Part shown: positions 7,830 to 17,486 of the stretch, piece after piece
Position numbering within the stretch: position 1 is the first letter of the stretch
Layout of the letters: each line of letters starts with the position of its first letter
DNA from: an uncultured Nitrospiraceae bacterium
GTDB lineage: Bacteria; Nitrospirota; Thermodesulfovibrionia; Thermodesulfovibrionales; SM23-35
NCBI GenBank assembly: GCA_964553535.1
Contig: CAZKLK010000003.1
Coordinates: 1 to 35,149 of the forward strand
Direction: 5' to 3'
Length of the DNA stretch: 35,149 bases
Translations under genes and position numbers: made by a program
The notes under the pieces: model-generated
What the model was told of the DNA's origin: nothing
The model's database searches: none
What the model saw: the letters and a program-made list of their open reading frames with translations, nothing else

Positions 7830-8116
7830 TGGCTGACGCAACGATTACAGGACTGAATGCGGCGAAAGGGTTTTCTTCCCACATAAGCAAGAATGAAGCA
7901 TCAAAGGGCTTTGACAGGATAATGCAGGACACCATAGGGAAACTGTACCAGATACAGAACGATGCCGAGAAAGCTGTGCAAGACCTTGCCTCGGGCACGG
8001 ATGTAACACAGGCTATTATTGCGATGGAAAAGGCGGACATGTCGTTTCAGCTGATGGTAGAGGTGAGGAACAAACTACTGAGCGCGTATGAAGAAGTCAT
8101 GAGGATGCAGATATAG
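7829..8116 (+). CDS. fliE: Flagellar hook-basal body complex protein FliE
   Basis: 95 aa with the C-terminal motif MEKADMSFQLMVEVRNKLLSAYEEVMRMQI. Confidence 0.93.
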   Translation: MADATITGLNAAKGFSSHISKNEASKGFDRIMQDTIGKLYQIQNDAEKAVQDLASGTDVTQAIIAMEKADMSFQLMVEVRNKLLSAYEEVMRMQI

Positions 8117-9648
8117 TGTTGAACATAGCTGCAGTCAGCGACCAGTTCAAGACTCTCCCGATGAAGAAAAAGCTGATGGTGCTCGCCGTGCTTGTCTTTG
8201 CGCTCACCTCAATGATCCTAATATTTACCTGGGTTCAGCGGGCTGACTACCAGGTGCTCTATTCTCAATTAAGCGAAGAGGATGCAGGGTTGATCATCCA
8301 GAAGCTGAAGGAACAGAAAATTCCTTATAAGACTGAAGTCGGGAAGATATTGGTTCCCTCCGACAAGGTTCATGAAATCAGGCTCAACCTTGCAAGCCAG
8401 GGACTCCCCCAGGGTGGTGGGGTTGGGTTCGAGCTTTTTGACAAGACAAGCTTCACAATGACGGACTTTGTCCAGAAACTGAACTACAGGAGGGCATTGC
8501 AGGGAGAGCTCTCACGGACTATAAGGGCATTTTCCGAAGTTGAACAATGCAGGGTGCATATATCAGTACCCGAAAAATCTCTTTTTACAAGAAATGACGA
8601 AAGGCCAAAGGCATCTGTGCTTGTCAAGTTCAAACAAGGGAGGAGCCTCACCCAGGGGCAGGTTCAGGGGATAGTGCATCTTGTTGCCAGCAGCGTTGAA
8701 GGTCTCAATGCAAAAGATGTCGCGGTGGTTGATAACCGCGGTGAAATGCTGACAGCACATGCCGACGAAACTACCGGCATTACCAGCAGCCAGATCGAAT
8801 ATCAGCGGAATATCGAGAAAGACCTGGAGAACAGAATCATGGGAATTCTGGAGCCGGTAGTCGGAAAGGAAAAGGCGAGGGCAAAGGTTGCCGCAGAGAT
8901 TGATTTCACAAAGATAGAAAAGACTGAAGAACGCTATGATCCCGACAGTCAGGTGGCAAGGAGTGAGCAGAAGACTGTTGAGAAGACCATGAATGGCAAC
9001 AGGGGAGGAGTGCCGGGAGTTTCATCCAACCTGCCGGGCAAGACAACAACACAGGTTGCCGCATCACAAGGGGAGTCAGAGAAAAAGAGTGAAACAATCA
9101 ATTATGAGATCAGCAGGATAACAAGCCATATCGTCGGCGCCTCGGGAGAGATTAAAAGACAATCTGTCGTAGTTCTCGTAGACGGGATCTATGCTGCGCA
9201 ACAGGGAACCAAGGAAAAAACCTATACCCCGCGCACAGAGGAGCAGATGAGCCAGCTGGAGGAAATGGTGAAAAAGGCTGTTGGCTTCAAACCGGACAGG
9301 GGTGATGAGGTGAGGGTAGTCAATATGCAATTTGAGGCTTCAGGTCAGGAAGAACTGCCTGCGCCCAGGAAAGAGCTGGTACCCCTCGTCCTCACGATCG
9401 GGAAGTACCTCGTGCCGGTTGCAGTCCTGGCACTCCTGATACTCCTAATTGTGCGGCCGCTTATCAAGGCGATTACGATCCCGTCTCTTACACAGCAACC
9501 CCACCTAAACTTCCCCCAGACTGTCTCCGAGATCGAGAAGAAGATGGAGATTTCCGGCACCCCTTCTATTGAAAATATTATCGAATGGACGAAGAAGAAC
9601 CCGAAAGAAGCAACGAATCTTGTGAAGAACTGGCTGGAAGAAAGATAG
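8116..9648 (+). CDS. fliF: Flagellar MS-ring protein FliF
   Basis: N-terminal TM segment, YQVLYSQLSEEDAGLIIQKLKEQKIPYK, LPQGGGVGFELFDK, a second TM near the C-terminus. GTG start at 8116, with an alternative ATG at 8161. Confidence 0.95.
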   Translation: MLNIAAVSDQFKTLPMKKKLMVLAVLVFALTSMILIFTWVQRADYQVLYSQLSEEDAGLIIQKLKEQKIPYKTEVGKILVPSDKVHEIRLNLASQGLPQGGGVGFELFDKTSFTMTDFVQKLNYRRALQGELSRTIRAFSEVEQCRVHISVPEKSLFTRNDERPKASVLVKFKQGRSLTQGQVQGIVHLVASSVEGLNAKDVAVVDNRGEMLTAHADETTGITSSQIEYQRNIEKDLENRIMGILEPVVGKEKARAKVAAEIDFTKIEKTEERYDPDSQVARSEQKTVEKTMNGNRGGVPGVSSNLPGKTTTQVAASQGESEKKSETINYEISRITSHIVGASGEIKRQSVVVLVDGIYAAQQGTKEKTYTPRTEEQMSQLEEMVKKAVGFKPDRGDEVRVVNMQFEASGQEELPAPRKELVPLVLTIGKYLVPVAVLALLILLIVRPLIKAITIPSLTQQPHLNFPQTVSEIEKKMEISGTPSIENIIEWTKKNPKEATNLVKNWLEER

Positions 9649-9649
9649 A

Positions 9650-10633
9650 ATGCCACTCGGCGGATATGAAAAAGCTGCTATTTTCCTGAGCTCCATCGGA
9701 GAGGACGCAGCTTCTGAGGTTCTGAAATACCTTGATGAGAAGGATATAGGCAAGATTTCGATGCATATGACAAGAATGAAGACAGTCAAGCGAAGCAGCG
9801 TAAACGAGGTACTCAAAGAGGCGGTTGAGATCATCTCAAAGGGCGACATCCATATTGAAGGCGAAGAATTCGTCAGGAAAGTTCTTTCCAGAAGGCTCGG
9901 TGAAGAGGAGGCAAAAAAAATCCTTGAGATGGCAACTGCCGAGAGCCCGCTCGATGCCATTAAGTGGATTGACTCAAAGACTCTATCAAACTTTCTTGTC
10001 GGGGAACATCCGCAGACGATAGCACTCATCATATGCCTTCTTGAACCCTTTCAGGGGGCCAGGGTGCTCAGCTCACTGCCTGCAAAACTCATGGCTGATG
10101 TTGCAATGAGGATTGCAACAACGGAGAGGATACCGCAGAGTGCAATCGAAGAGATAAACGAAGTTATAAGGGATCAACTGGATATCGGCAGAGGCAAGGA
10201 CAGGCAACTCGGGGGTGTAAAAACGATTGCCGAGATTCTCAATCAATGCAGCAAGACACACGAAGAGATGATTTTTGAGAAAATTAGCTCACAGAACAAT
10301 CCTCTCGCAGAATCCATCAGGCAACATATGTTCGTCTTTGAAGATCTTGTTAATGTGGATGACAGGGGCGTCCAGGCGATTCTGAAAGAGATAAGCACCG
10401 AAGACCTCACACTTGCACTCAAGACAACATCCGAGGCACTGAAGGGAAAAATATTCAAGAACATGTCCCAGCGGGCAGTGCAGATACTCAAGGAAGAGAT
10501 TCAGGCAAGAGGACCTGCGCGGGTATCCGATGTGGAGAAGGCCCAGCAGAATATAGTAAATATTGCCCGGCGCCTGGAAAAAGAAGGCAAGTTATTCCTT
10601 TCCGGCAAAGGGGGTGAAGACCTTGTTGCCTGA
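9650..10633 (+). CDS. fliG: Flagellar motor switch protein FliG
   Basis: GYEKAAIFLSSIGEDAASEVLKYL, EHPQTIALI, MFVFEDL, and a C-terminal torque helix region. Confidence 0.96.
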   Translation: MPLGGYEKAAIFLSSIGEDAASEVLKYLDEKDIGKISMHMTRMKTVKRSSVNEVLKEAVEIISKGDIHIEGEEFVRKVLSRRLGEEEAKKILEMATAESPLDAIKWIDSKTLSNFLVGEHPQTIALIICLLEPFQGARVLSSLPAKLMADVAMRIATTERIPQSAIEEINEVIRDQLDIGRGKDRQLGGVKTIAEILNQCSKTHEEMIFEKISSQNNPLAESIRQHMFVFEDLVNVDDRGVQAILKEISTEDLTLALKTTSEALKGKIFKNMSQRAVQILKEEIQARGPARVSDVEKAQQNIVNIARRLEKEGKLFLSGKGGEDLVA

Positions 10634-11243
10634 GAGCAGGCGACTCGCCCTGAAAAACGTAGAACCATACCGCATGCCAAGCCTTGAGCAGACAGCTCCG
10701 AAAAAACCCGAAGAAGACTCACTTTCATCAATTCACAAGGCCGAGGCTATCGAGCGTGAGGGATACGAAAAGGGATTTGCGGCTGGGGAAAAGGCTGGAT
10801 ATTCCATCGGGGAGCAGAAGGCACAAATTCTTGTCGAGAAACTTGAAACAGTCCTCAATGAGTTGGCTGACATGAAAAAAAACCTGGTCAAAGAGCTGGA
10901 GCCTCAGCTGATTGCATTGGCTTTCGGCATAGCCCGGAGAATTATCCTCAGAGAATTGACATTTAATCCCGATGAAATTGTGCATATAACAAGAGAAGCA
11001 CTCAAAAAGGTGAGCAGGACAGGCCGGATTACGATTACAATCCATCCATCCATCTATGACCTTTTCATGGCTCACAGGCCTGAACTGCTTTCCGTCCATC
11101 CTGACATCGTCTTTGATACAGATCCGTCGGTTCCGGCAACCGGCTCTGTGGTAGTCGGACAAGCTGAAGCCGTGGTGACTGATATTGAAGAGCAGTTGAA
11201 TAACCTTTTCCGCGATCTGGAGAATGAACATGGCGGAAATTGA
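10623..11243 (+). CDS. fliH: Flagellar export assembly protein FliH
   Basis: REGYEKGFAAGEKAGYSIGEQKA plus a FliH/YscL-like C-terminal domain, positioned between fliG and fliI. The start is ambiguous: TTG at 10623/10626 (after GGGGGTGA), ATG at 10674, or the track start at 10563. Confidence 0.8.
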   Translation: MLPESRRLALKNVEPYRMPSLEQTAPKKPEEDSLSSIHKAEAIEREGYEKGFAAGEKAGYSIGEQKAQILVEKLETVLNELADMKKNLVKELEPQLIALAFGIARRIILRELTFNPDEIVHITREALKKVSRTGRITITIHPSIYDLFMAHRPELLSVHPDIVFDTDPSVPATGSVVVGQAEAVVTDIEEQLNNLFRDLENEHGGN

Positions 11244-12558
11244 CCTGCTTCCCTATATAAAATCACTCCCGGATATTGACCCGTTGAAAGTGTATGGCAG
11301 GGTGGTAGAAATTACAGGGATCATCATCAAGGCAACAGGGGTAAAAGCAAGCATTGGTGAATCGTGCAGAATATTCTCTGATAGGACTATTGCCATCGAT
11401 GCAGAGGTTGTGGGATTCCGTGATGATAAGGTTCTGCTTATGGGTATAGGAGATCTTACAGGAATAGGCATAGGAAGCAGGGTTCTTCCTGTTCACAATA
11501 AAGTCTGTGTGACAGTTGCTCCCTCGCTCAAGGGCAGAGTAATCAATGATAAAGGGGAGCCCCTTGATGGAAAAGGTCCTGTTGAAGGAACCGGTTGTCC
11601 TCTCCTTTCAGGCTCTCCGAATCCTCTCAAGAGGCAACGGATTTCTGAACCTCTTGACCTCGGGATCAGGTCTATCAACGGTCTTCTGACATGCGGAAAG
11701 GGGCAGAGGTTGGGAATCATGTCAGGCTCCGGTGTTGGCAAGAGTGTCCTGCTCGGAATGATTGCAAGGTATTCATCAGCCTCGGCAAACGTTATTGCAC
11801 TTGTTGGCGAAAGAGGAAGGGAGGTCCGGGAATTTATCGAAAAGGATCTCGGTGAAGAAGGGCTGGAGAAATCAGTAGTGGTTGTCTCAACGTCGGAACA
11901 GCCGCCTATCGCAAAGGTCAGGGCTGCGCTTGCCTCAACAGCCATAGCAGAGTATTTCCTTCGTAGAGGGGAAGACGTGCTGCTCCTCATGGACTCCCTG
12001 ACCCGCGTTGCACAGGCACAGCGTGAAATAGGGCTTGCTATAGGAGAGCCGCCAACCTCCAAGGGGTATACTCCATCAGTCTTTACACTCCTTCCGAAGC
12101 TCCTTGAGAGGGTTGGGAGATCGGAACATAGCGGTAGCATTACAGGAATTTATACAGTCCTTGTTGAAGGCGATGATCTCTCGGATCCGGTAGCGGATGC
12201 GGCGAGAGCGCTGCTCGATGGACACATAGTATTGTCAAGAGAACTGGCTCTTGAAAATCATTACCCGTCTATCGATGTGCTCCAGAGCATTAGCAGAGTG
12301 ATGCCTGATATCGTAGAGGAAAGGCACAAGGAATATGTCTCAAAATTCATTGAGACACTTGCTGTATACAAGAAATTCGAAGATATGATCAATCTCGGCG
12401 CATATAAGGAAGGTACAAATCCCAAACTTGATTATTCAATGAAGATGCTCGAGAGGCTGAGAAAATACTTAAAACAGGGAGTGTCAGAGAGAGTGGATTT
12501 ATCGGACAGCCTTCAGGATCTCTATCTTATTTTTGATGAAGCAAAGAACCCCGAATGA
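11224..12558 (+). CDS. fliI: Flagellum-specific ATPase FliI
   Basis: Walker A GSGVGKSVLLGM, Walker B LLLMDSLTR, and F1/T3SS ATPase architecture. Confidence 0.96.
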   Translation: MNMAEIDLLPYIKSLPDIDPLKVYGRVVEITGIIIKATGVKASIGESCRIFSDRTIAIDAEVVGFRDDKVLLMGIGDLTGIGIGSRVLPVHNKVCVTVAPSLKGRVINDKGEPLDGKGPVEGTGCPLLSGSPNPLKRQRISEPLDLGIRSINGLLTCGKGQRLGIMSGSGVGKSVLLGMIARYSSASANVIALVGERGREVREFIEKDLGEEGLEKSVVVVSTSEQPPIAKVRAALASTAIAEYFLRRGEDVLLLMDSLTRVAQAQREIGLAIGEPPTSKGYTPSVFTLLPKLLERVGRSEHSGSITGIYTVLVEGDDLSDPVADAARALLDGHIVLSRELALENHYPSIDVLQSISRVMPDIVEERHKEYVSKFIETLAVYKKFEDMINLGAYKEGTNPKLDYSMKMLERLRKYLKQGVSERVDLSDSLQDLYLIFDEAKNPE

Positions 12559-12992
12559 AAAAAGATATCTTAAAAAAAGTTCTCGATTTGAAAGGGTTTA
12601 CAAAAAACCAGCTCGAAATATCGGTCAAGAGCAGCAAGGAGGCACTGGAGATCGAAAGCGCAAAACTCGATTGCACGGTCAGCATTTTTGACAGGACGGT
12701 TGAGGAATTCAACAGCAAACAGGGCAGCGCTGTGGTTAATGCTCAGGAACTTGATTACTTCTACAATTATTTTGCTTATCTTAACAGGCAGATAGAGCAG
12801 CAAAAGCATACCGTCACAGAGAAGATCACCGAGGTTGAACTCAGGCAAAAGGCGTTGATGAATGCGCACAGGGAAAAGCGTCTCTGTGAGGTTCTATACG
12901 AAAAAATTGCAGATGACAGGGTAAGGGAAACACTGAAAATTGAACAGAAAGAGGCAGACTTCAAGTTCATTTCCCGAAAGTCCAGAAGATGA
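12555..12992 (+). CDS. fliJ: Flagellar export chaperone-like coiled-coil protein FliJ
   Basis: 145-aa predicted coiled coil immediately after fliI, with ATGA overlaps at both ends. The call rests on position and composition. Confidence 0.65.
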   Translation: MKKDILKKVLDLKGFTKNQLEISVKSSKEALEIESAKLDCTVSIFDRTVEEFNSKQGSAVVNAQELDYFYNYFAYLNRQIEQQKHTVTEKITEVELRQKALMNAHREKRLCEVLYEKIADDRVRETLKIEQKEADFKFISRKSRR

Positions 12993-13501
12993 GGGGAGAA
13001 GCATATAAGATGCGTTGCCCAATAAACTCCGGCTTCCTCATGCTTTTTGTTCTTCTGTTCACATTGATTTCTTTTTTCCATGCCGGGCCGGTCCTGGCAC
13101 AGGACGATATGATACTCTTTATACAGAAGAAGCAGCGGGAACTGAAAGAGAGGGAGGAGTCGCTGGAAAGAAATGAAGAGAGGCTCAAAGCTTTCAAGAA
13201 AGACATCGATGAAAGAATAGACAAATATGAAAAGCTTCTAACCCAGCTCGAAGCCGCCTTGAAGAAAATAGAGCAGGTTCAGGAAGAAAAAATCGATAAT
13301 GTTGTGAAAGTTTACGAAGTGATGCCACCTGAGGAGGCAGCAACAAGGCTGTCTGATTTGCCCGAGGGTACCGCAGTGAAAATCATTCATAAAATGAAAC
13401 CGAAAAAGGCGGGGCCAATCATGGCTTATATGGACTCAAAAAAGGTTGCTTCACTTACCGAACGCATGACAACGTTAGAGAAATATTTTCCTGCTCAATG
13501 A
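12989..13501 (+). CDS. MotE/YlxF/FlbB-family flagellar protein (MgtE_N-like domain) with N-terminal signal/anchor
   Basis: Hydrophobic N-terminus (FLMLFVLLFTLISFFHAGPVLA|QDD), a coiled coil, then KVYEVMPPEEAATRLSDLPEGTAVKIIHKMKPKKAGPIMAYMDSKKVASL. It occupies the same slot as ylxF in Bacillus-type fla operons. Confidence 0.7.
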   Translation: MRGEAYKMRCPINSGFLMLFVLLFTLISFFHAGPVLAQDDMILFIQKKQRELKEREESLERNEERLKAFKKDIDERIDKYEKLLTQLEAALKKIEQVQEEKIDNVVKVYEVMPPEEAATRLSDLPEGTAVKIIHKMKPKKAGPIMAYMDSKKVASLTERMTTLEKYFPAQ

Positions 13502-13591
13502 AATATTTTCACCTTTTTCCGCTATTTCAATAGAAGACAAAAATATCCCCAATTCATAAACAAGATCATCCCGTCAAGCAAGTCGATCGCG

Positions 13592-13616
13592 GATCAGCAT
13601 TAGAAGCCGATCAGCA
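13592..13616. repeat. Direct repeat GATCAGCA ... GATCAGCA (17-bp register) in the ylxF-fliK gap
   Basis: Copies at 13592-13599 and 13609-13616, ~60-80 nt upstream of the sigma54-like element at 13674. Confidence 0.4.
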
Positions 13617-13673
13617 GGGGTAACTTATCCACTCCGTCATCGGGGGAAGCATCTTAACCGGTGATTTCTAACC

Positions 13674-13688
13674 TGGCATATTACTTGT
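13674..13688 (+). promoter_or_regulatory. sigma54 -24/-12 promoter candidate (TGGCAT-ATTAC-TTGT)
   Basis: TGGCA and TTG are at consensus spacing. It lies in a 199-bp non-coding gap, 13 nt upstream of the fliK GTG. Confidence 0.55.
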
Positions 13689-13700
13689 TTTAGTACCGGC

Positions 13701-15365
13701 GTGAACGTATTGCTGTCTATGATTTCTGAAACCGCTGATATGGTTGAACCGGCAGTTCAGCAATATCCTCACATATTCGAATCGCGGGCTGACCTCGTAG
13801 AATTCAGAAATCTGCTTGAAAAGTCACTTATTACCTCAGCGGGTGACAGACCGGCAACTTCTCCGGCACCAGTTTATGGAGCTGGAATGGATACCATCTC
13901 TGCTCTTTTGGAAAAAGGGGAATCGGCTTCCAAAGAAGGGGCTGCCAACCCGGGAATTTCTAAGACGGCTATAAATAATAACGATACATGTTCTAACACG
14001 TCCCCCTTTGTCCCCTCCTCTCCCCGGCGGGCCTGCGACTTTCAAGGGATGAGCGATTATCTTGTCCCTCCTCCCCCGGAGGGAGAGAGCAAGGGTGAGG
14101 GTGGACGCAGTCTTCCCCTCCTTAGTATCCCGGATGAGGCACCGGAAAAGCTGCCGGGGGGAACAGATACTGATCATATCCCCGCAGACAAACATCATTC
14201 CGGCGGGGTTTATACTGCTCCAGGGAATGAAATGCTTCACGTCTTGTTCCCTCAGTTCGAGTCTGACAATCAGGAAAGCGTTGAGGATGATATAGTGCCT
14301 GCGGATGGACTGAAAAGAGTGAACGATCAGACCGGCAATGAGCTTGAGCATGCTCCTGCTGACAGCGGCAAGAAAATGAATGTATCCCTGCCTGATCCGG
14401 GGATCGCCGATAATTTTTCAGGACAGCACCCGCAGTACAGCAGGGATAATGTCCAGCAGCAGACGGGTGTTGTTGGTCAGTCCTTACGAACATACCCGGA
14501 AGCAGGAATCCGGAGTTCCTTTGCACCTGAACCGGAAAATACTCAAATTCTTATTCGTGACAGTGGGAATGTTTCAGAGATATATCAGCCTGCCCTGGAA
14601 AATAACTATATGCTCATTTCACGATATTCAGAGCAGGAGGAGACAGAGATAACAAAAGTCGGCACCCTCTGCAATGCAACCGGGGATAACAGACTGTTGT
14701 CCGGGGAAGAACGGAACAAACCACTTGTTGTATCAGAAGAACCAATAACACCAATTCCTGCTAATAAACTGAGTGAGTCATATCCCGGCGCCCATATAAC
14801 ATCAATGTTTGTCCGCAGATTGGCTGTATCCGCCGGTGAGTTGTCACCGGACAATTGGCAACATGGCAATGAAAACAGGAGATTGCCAATAACCACTGAG
14901 GCAGCTCCTTCTGAAAATGTGATCCCCTATATTGAAAAAGCGGGCGGCCAGGAGAATGCTCAGGAGGTAAGCCCATTACAGGAACCTCCACGTATTTCCC
15001 ATGCTGAAGAGAATATACAGTCCATATTCAAAAAAGGCGATGCATCAATTGAGATCACTCTCGATACAGATGGCGCTGGGGAACTCAGGATTGACCTAAT
15101 ACTCAACAGGGGTGTGATTAATGCACAGATACAGACATCCGATGAGACCGGAAAGAATCTGATAGAGAGAAACCTCAGCGGATTACTCCAGTCGTTGATT
15201 CATGAAGGTCTCCAGGTTGGAAGCTTTTCGGTTTTCCTGAGAGGAAAAAGGGGCGGGATGAATGATGCCATGAGACAGGACGATTCAGGGATCATAAAGA
15301 TGTCACCCTTGGTCAACACGCAATATCACGCTCCAGCAAACGGATTAGTAAGCATCTTTGTCTGA
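13701..15365 (+). CDS. fliK: Flagellar hook-length control protein FliK
   Basis: Long, low-complexity, Pro/Glu/Ser-rich N-terminal two-thirds. C-terminal Flg_hook-like domain (ASIEITLDTDGAGELRIDLILNRGVINAQIQTSDETGKNLIERNLSGLLQSL). Located before flgD. Start uncertain: GTG 13701, ATG 13719 or ATG 13740. Confidence 0.8.
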   Translation: MNVLLSMISETADMVEPAVQQYPHIFESRADLVEFRNLLEKSLITSAGDRPATSPAPVYGAGMDTISALLEKGESASKEGAANPGISKTAINNNDTCSNTSPFVPSSPRRACDFQGMSDYLVPPPPEGESKGEGGRSLPLLSIPDEAPEKLPGGTDTDHIPADKHHSGGVYTAPGNEMLHVLFPQFESDNQESVEDDIVPADGLKRVNDQTGNELEHAPADSGKKMNVSLPDPGIADNFSGQHPQYSRDNVQQQTGVVGQSLRTYPEAGIRSSFAPEPENTQILIRDSGNVSEIYQPALENNYMLISRYSEQEETEITKVGTLCNATGDNRLLSGEERNKPLVVSEEPITPIPANKLSESYPGAHITSMFVRRLAVSAGELSPDNWQHGNENRRLPITTEAAPSENVIPYIEKAGGQENAQEVSPLQEPPRISHAEENIQSIFKKGDASIEITLDTDGAGELRIDLILNRGVINAQIQTSDETGKNLIERNLSGLLQSLIHEGLQVGSFSVFLRGKRGGMNDAMRQDDSGIIKMSPLVNTQYHAPANGLVSIFV

Positions 15366-15376
15366 AAGGAGGACAT

Positions 15377-16036
15377 ATGCAGATATCAGCAACCGGTGAC
15401 AGGAGCACGTTGTCGCAGGGCATGCCCGGGGACAAGACTCTTGGCAAGGATGATTTCCTGAAGCTGCTTGCAACGCAGTTGCGTTTTCAGAACCCACTCA
15501 ATCCTATGAACAGCACAGAGTTCACATCGCAGTTGGCACAGTTCAGTTCTCTCGAGCAGCTGTACAATGTCGGCGAGAAGTTAAATGATCTTCTCCTGTA
15601 CCAGAATTCCCTCCAGAATACGCTGACGGCCGGCCTTATCGGAAAAGTTGTAAGAATATCGGGCAACAAAGTTCTTCTGCAAGGAACTGCGGAAATAGGG
15701 TATTCTCTCGCACAGGAAGCTGTGAAAGGAACAATCCGCATACATGATCCCAGCGGAAGGCTCGTGAGGGAAATTTCACTGGCACATCAGGCGGCAAAGA
15801 ACCAGAGTGTCCTGTGGGACGGGAGGGATTCTTCGGGGAATACTCTTCCGGATGGCCAGTACTCATTCTCAATTGAAGCATTTGATGCGTCAGGGAATCA
15901 GGTCAGTGCAGAAACCATGACTTTCGGGACTGTTACAGGGATCACATTCGAAAACAACCTTACCTATCTCATCATTGATGAGCGGGTCAAGGTTCAGCTC
16001 AGCGATATTCAGGAAATAAAAGGAGGAGGTGTGTAA
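15377..16036 (+). CDS. flgD: Flagellar hook capping/assembly protein FlgD
   Basis: LGKDDFLKLLATQLRFQNPLNPM motif, a strong RBS (AAAGGAGG), and a C-terminal Ig-like region. Confidence 0.95.
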   Translation: MQISATGDRSTLSQGMPGDKTLGKDDFLKLLATQLRFQNPLNPMNSTEFTSQLAQFSSLEQLYNVGEKLNDLLLYQNSLQNTLTAGLIGKVVRISGNKVLLQGTAEIGYSLAQEAVKGTIRIHDPSGRLVREISLAHQAAKNQSVLWDGRDSSGNTLPDGQYSFSIEAFDASGNQVSAETMTFGTVTGITFENNLTYLIIDERVKVQLSDIQEIKGGGV

Positions 16037-16037
16037 T

Positions 16038-17321
16038 ATGCTTACATCATTGTATTCAGCAGTAAGCGGCTTGAGTGCCAACGGGGTATCCCTATCGGTT
16101 ATCGGAGACAATATCGCAAATCTCAATACCATAGGTTTCAAGGGGAGCAGGGCTACGTTTGGCGATGTTTTGGCCGGAACCACCGGTTCCCTGCAGATAG
16201 GGCGCGGGGTTCTTGTGAGCAACGTCTCCCCGCTTTTCACGCAAGGATCTTTTCAGAGCACTGCGAACGCCCTTGACATGGGGATTGAAGGAGACGGATT
16301 TTTTATTGTCAGCGATGGTGGGGCGAAGTACTATACAAGGGCCGGCAATTTCTCCCTCGACAAGGACGGCAACATTGTCAATCCTGATGGGCTTGTGCTC
16401 CAGGGATACCTCGCTGACACGGCGGGCAATATCACCGGGACAATAGAAAATTTAACAATTGAGAGCAGGCAGAGCCTTGCGCGGGCAACGACAAATGTTA
16501 GCGTCGCCATCAACCTTAATGCGGTTTCGGATGCTCAGGCAACTCCATTCACTCTGGATGGTAATGGCGACGGAACAAACAATGATCCGGCCAACTATAA
16601 TTTTTCCCATACGATAGCGGTATACGACTCGCAAGGCGGGGCCCATCAGATAACGCTCTATTTTGAGAAGACCGCAGATAATGCCTGGACTGTTCATTAT
16701 ACTCATCAGGATGCCGCCAATCCTTCACAACTTGTTGATGCTGGGACACAGATGCTCACATTTGATCTGAATGGCGCGCTGATTAATGATAACGGCGGGA
16801 CGGCGATAAATTTCAATTTCGGCGTTGCGGTTGCTGCACAATCCATTTCTTTCAATTATGGTTCGGGGACTGGAGAGTCACTGGCAGGGAGCGGCCTTGA
16901 CGGTACAACGCAGTTTGCGTCGGCATTCGGGGTTCTGAACTTGAATCAGGACGGATATGCGGCGGGTAATTTGAGGAATATTGCCATATCTGAAGAAGGG
17001 ATAATAACGGGCATATTTACCAATGGTCAGATGAGGGCTTTAGGACAGATTGCCATGGCAAAATTTATCGCTCCCCACGGGCTTTCCAAATTAGGAAGAA
17101 ATCTCTACGGGGAGTCTTTTGATTCGGGCCAGCCCGTTGTAGGGAAGGCAGGCTCTTCCGGATTGGGAAGGGTACTTTCCAATACCCTCGAACTTAGCAA
17201 TGTTGACCTTGCTGAGCAATTTGTAAAAATGATTTCTGCTCAGAGGGGATTTCAGGCAAACTCAAGGGTCATAATGACTACCGATGAGCTGATGCAGGAG
17301 TTAGTAAACCTGAAACGGTAA
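16038..17321 (+). CDS. flgE: Flagellar hook protein FlgE
   Basis: MLTSLYSAVSGLSANG...IGDNIANLNTIGFK N-terminus and C-terminal VDLAEQFVKMISAQRGFQANSRVI. The ATG at 16038 is preferred over the track GTG at 16029. Confidence 0.95.
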   Translation: MLTSLYSAVSGLSANGVSLSVIGDNIANLNTIGFKGSRATFGDVLAGTTGSLQIGRGVLVSNVSPLFTQGSFQSTANALDMGIEGDGFFIVSDGGAKYYTRAGNFSLDKDGNIVNPDGLVLQGYLADTAGNITGTIENLTIESRQSLARATTNVSVAINLNAVSDAQATPFTLDGNGDGTNNDPANYNFSHTIAVYDSQGGAHQITLYFEKTADNAWTVHYTHQDAANPSQLVDAGTQMLTFDLNGALINDNGGTAINFNFGVAVAAQSISFNYGSGTGESLAGSGLDGTTQFASAFGVLNLNQDGYAAGNLRNIAISEEGIITGIFTNGQMRALGQIAMAKFIAPHGLSKLGRNLYGESFDSGQPVVGKAGSSGLGRVLSNTLELSNVDLAEQFVKMISAQRGFQANSRVIMTTDELMQELVNLKR

Positions 17322-17340
17322 CTGACACTGTTTCTTGGCA

Positions 17341-17370
17341 GGGGCGAACGCCCGTTCGCCCCTTTTCTTT
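17341..17370 (+). terminator. Rho-independent terminator after flgE
   Basis: 9-bp GC-rich stem GGGGCGAAC/GTTCGCCCC with a 4-nt loop, followed by TTTTCTTT. Confidence 0.85.
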
Positions 17371-17435
17371 CACATCCAATCCACTTTTTGTTGAAAAACT
17401 ATCACTGAGTCATTTCTTTGACGGACAACAACCTG

Positions 17436-17445
17436 TATACGTATA
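17436..17445. promoter_or_regulatory. Perfect 10-bp palindrome TATACGTATA upstream of the fliL promoter candidate
   Basis: Read directly. It lies ~42 nt upstream of the -24 element at 17487. Confidence 0.3.
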
Positions 17446-17486
17446 ACGCAGGAAAAAATAATGTTATTTATCAATAAGATACATAT

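Noticed and set aside
10563-10622. Upstream extension of the fliH ORF, 70 nt into fliG.
   Set aside because: The extension is basic and non-conserved in appearance. TTG 10623/10626 with an upstream GGGGGTGA, or ATG 10674, give conventional junctions. The exact start remains unresolved.
14406-14413. Perfect sigma28 -10 box GCCGATAA inside fliK.
   Set aside because: The sequence 15 nt upstream is CCTG, not TAAA. The site is in the middle of a coding region with no downstream gene start, so it is likely a chance match.
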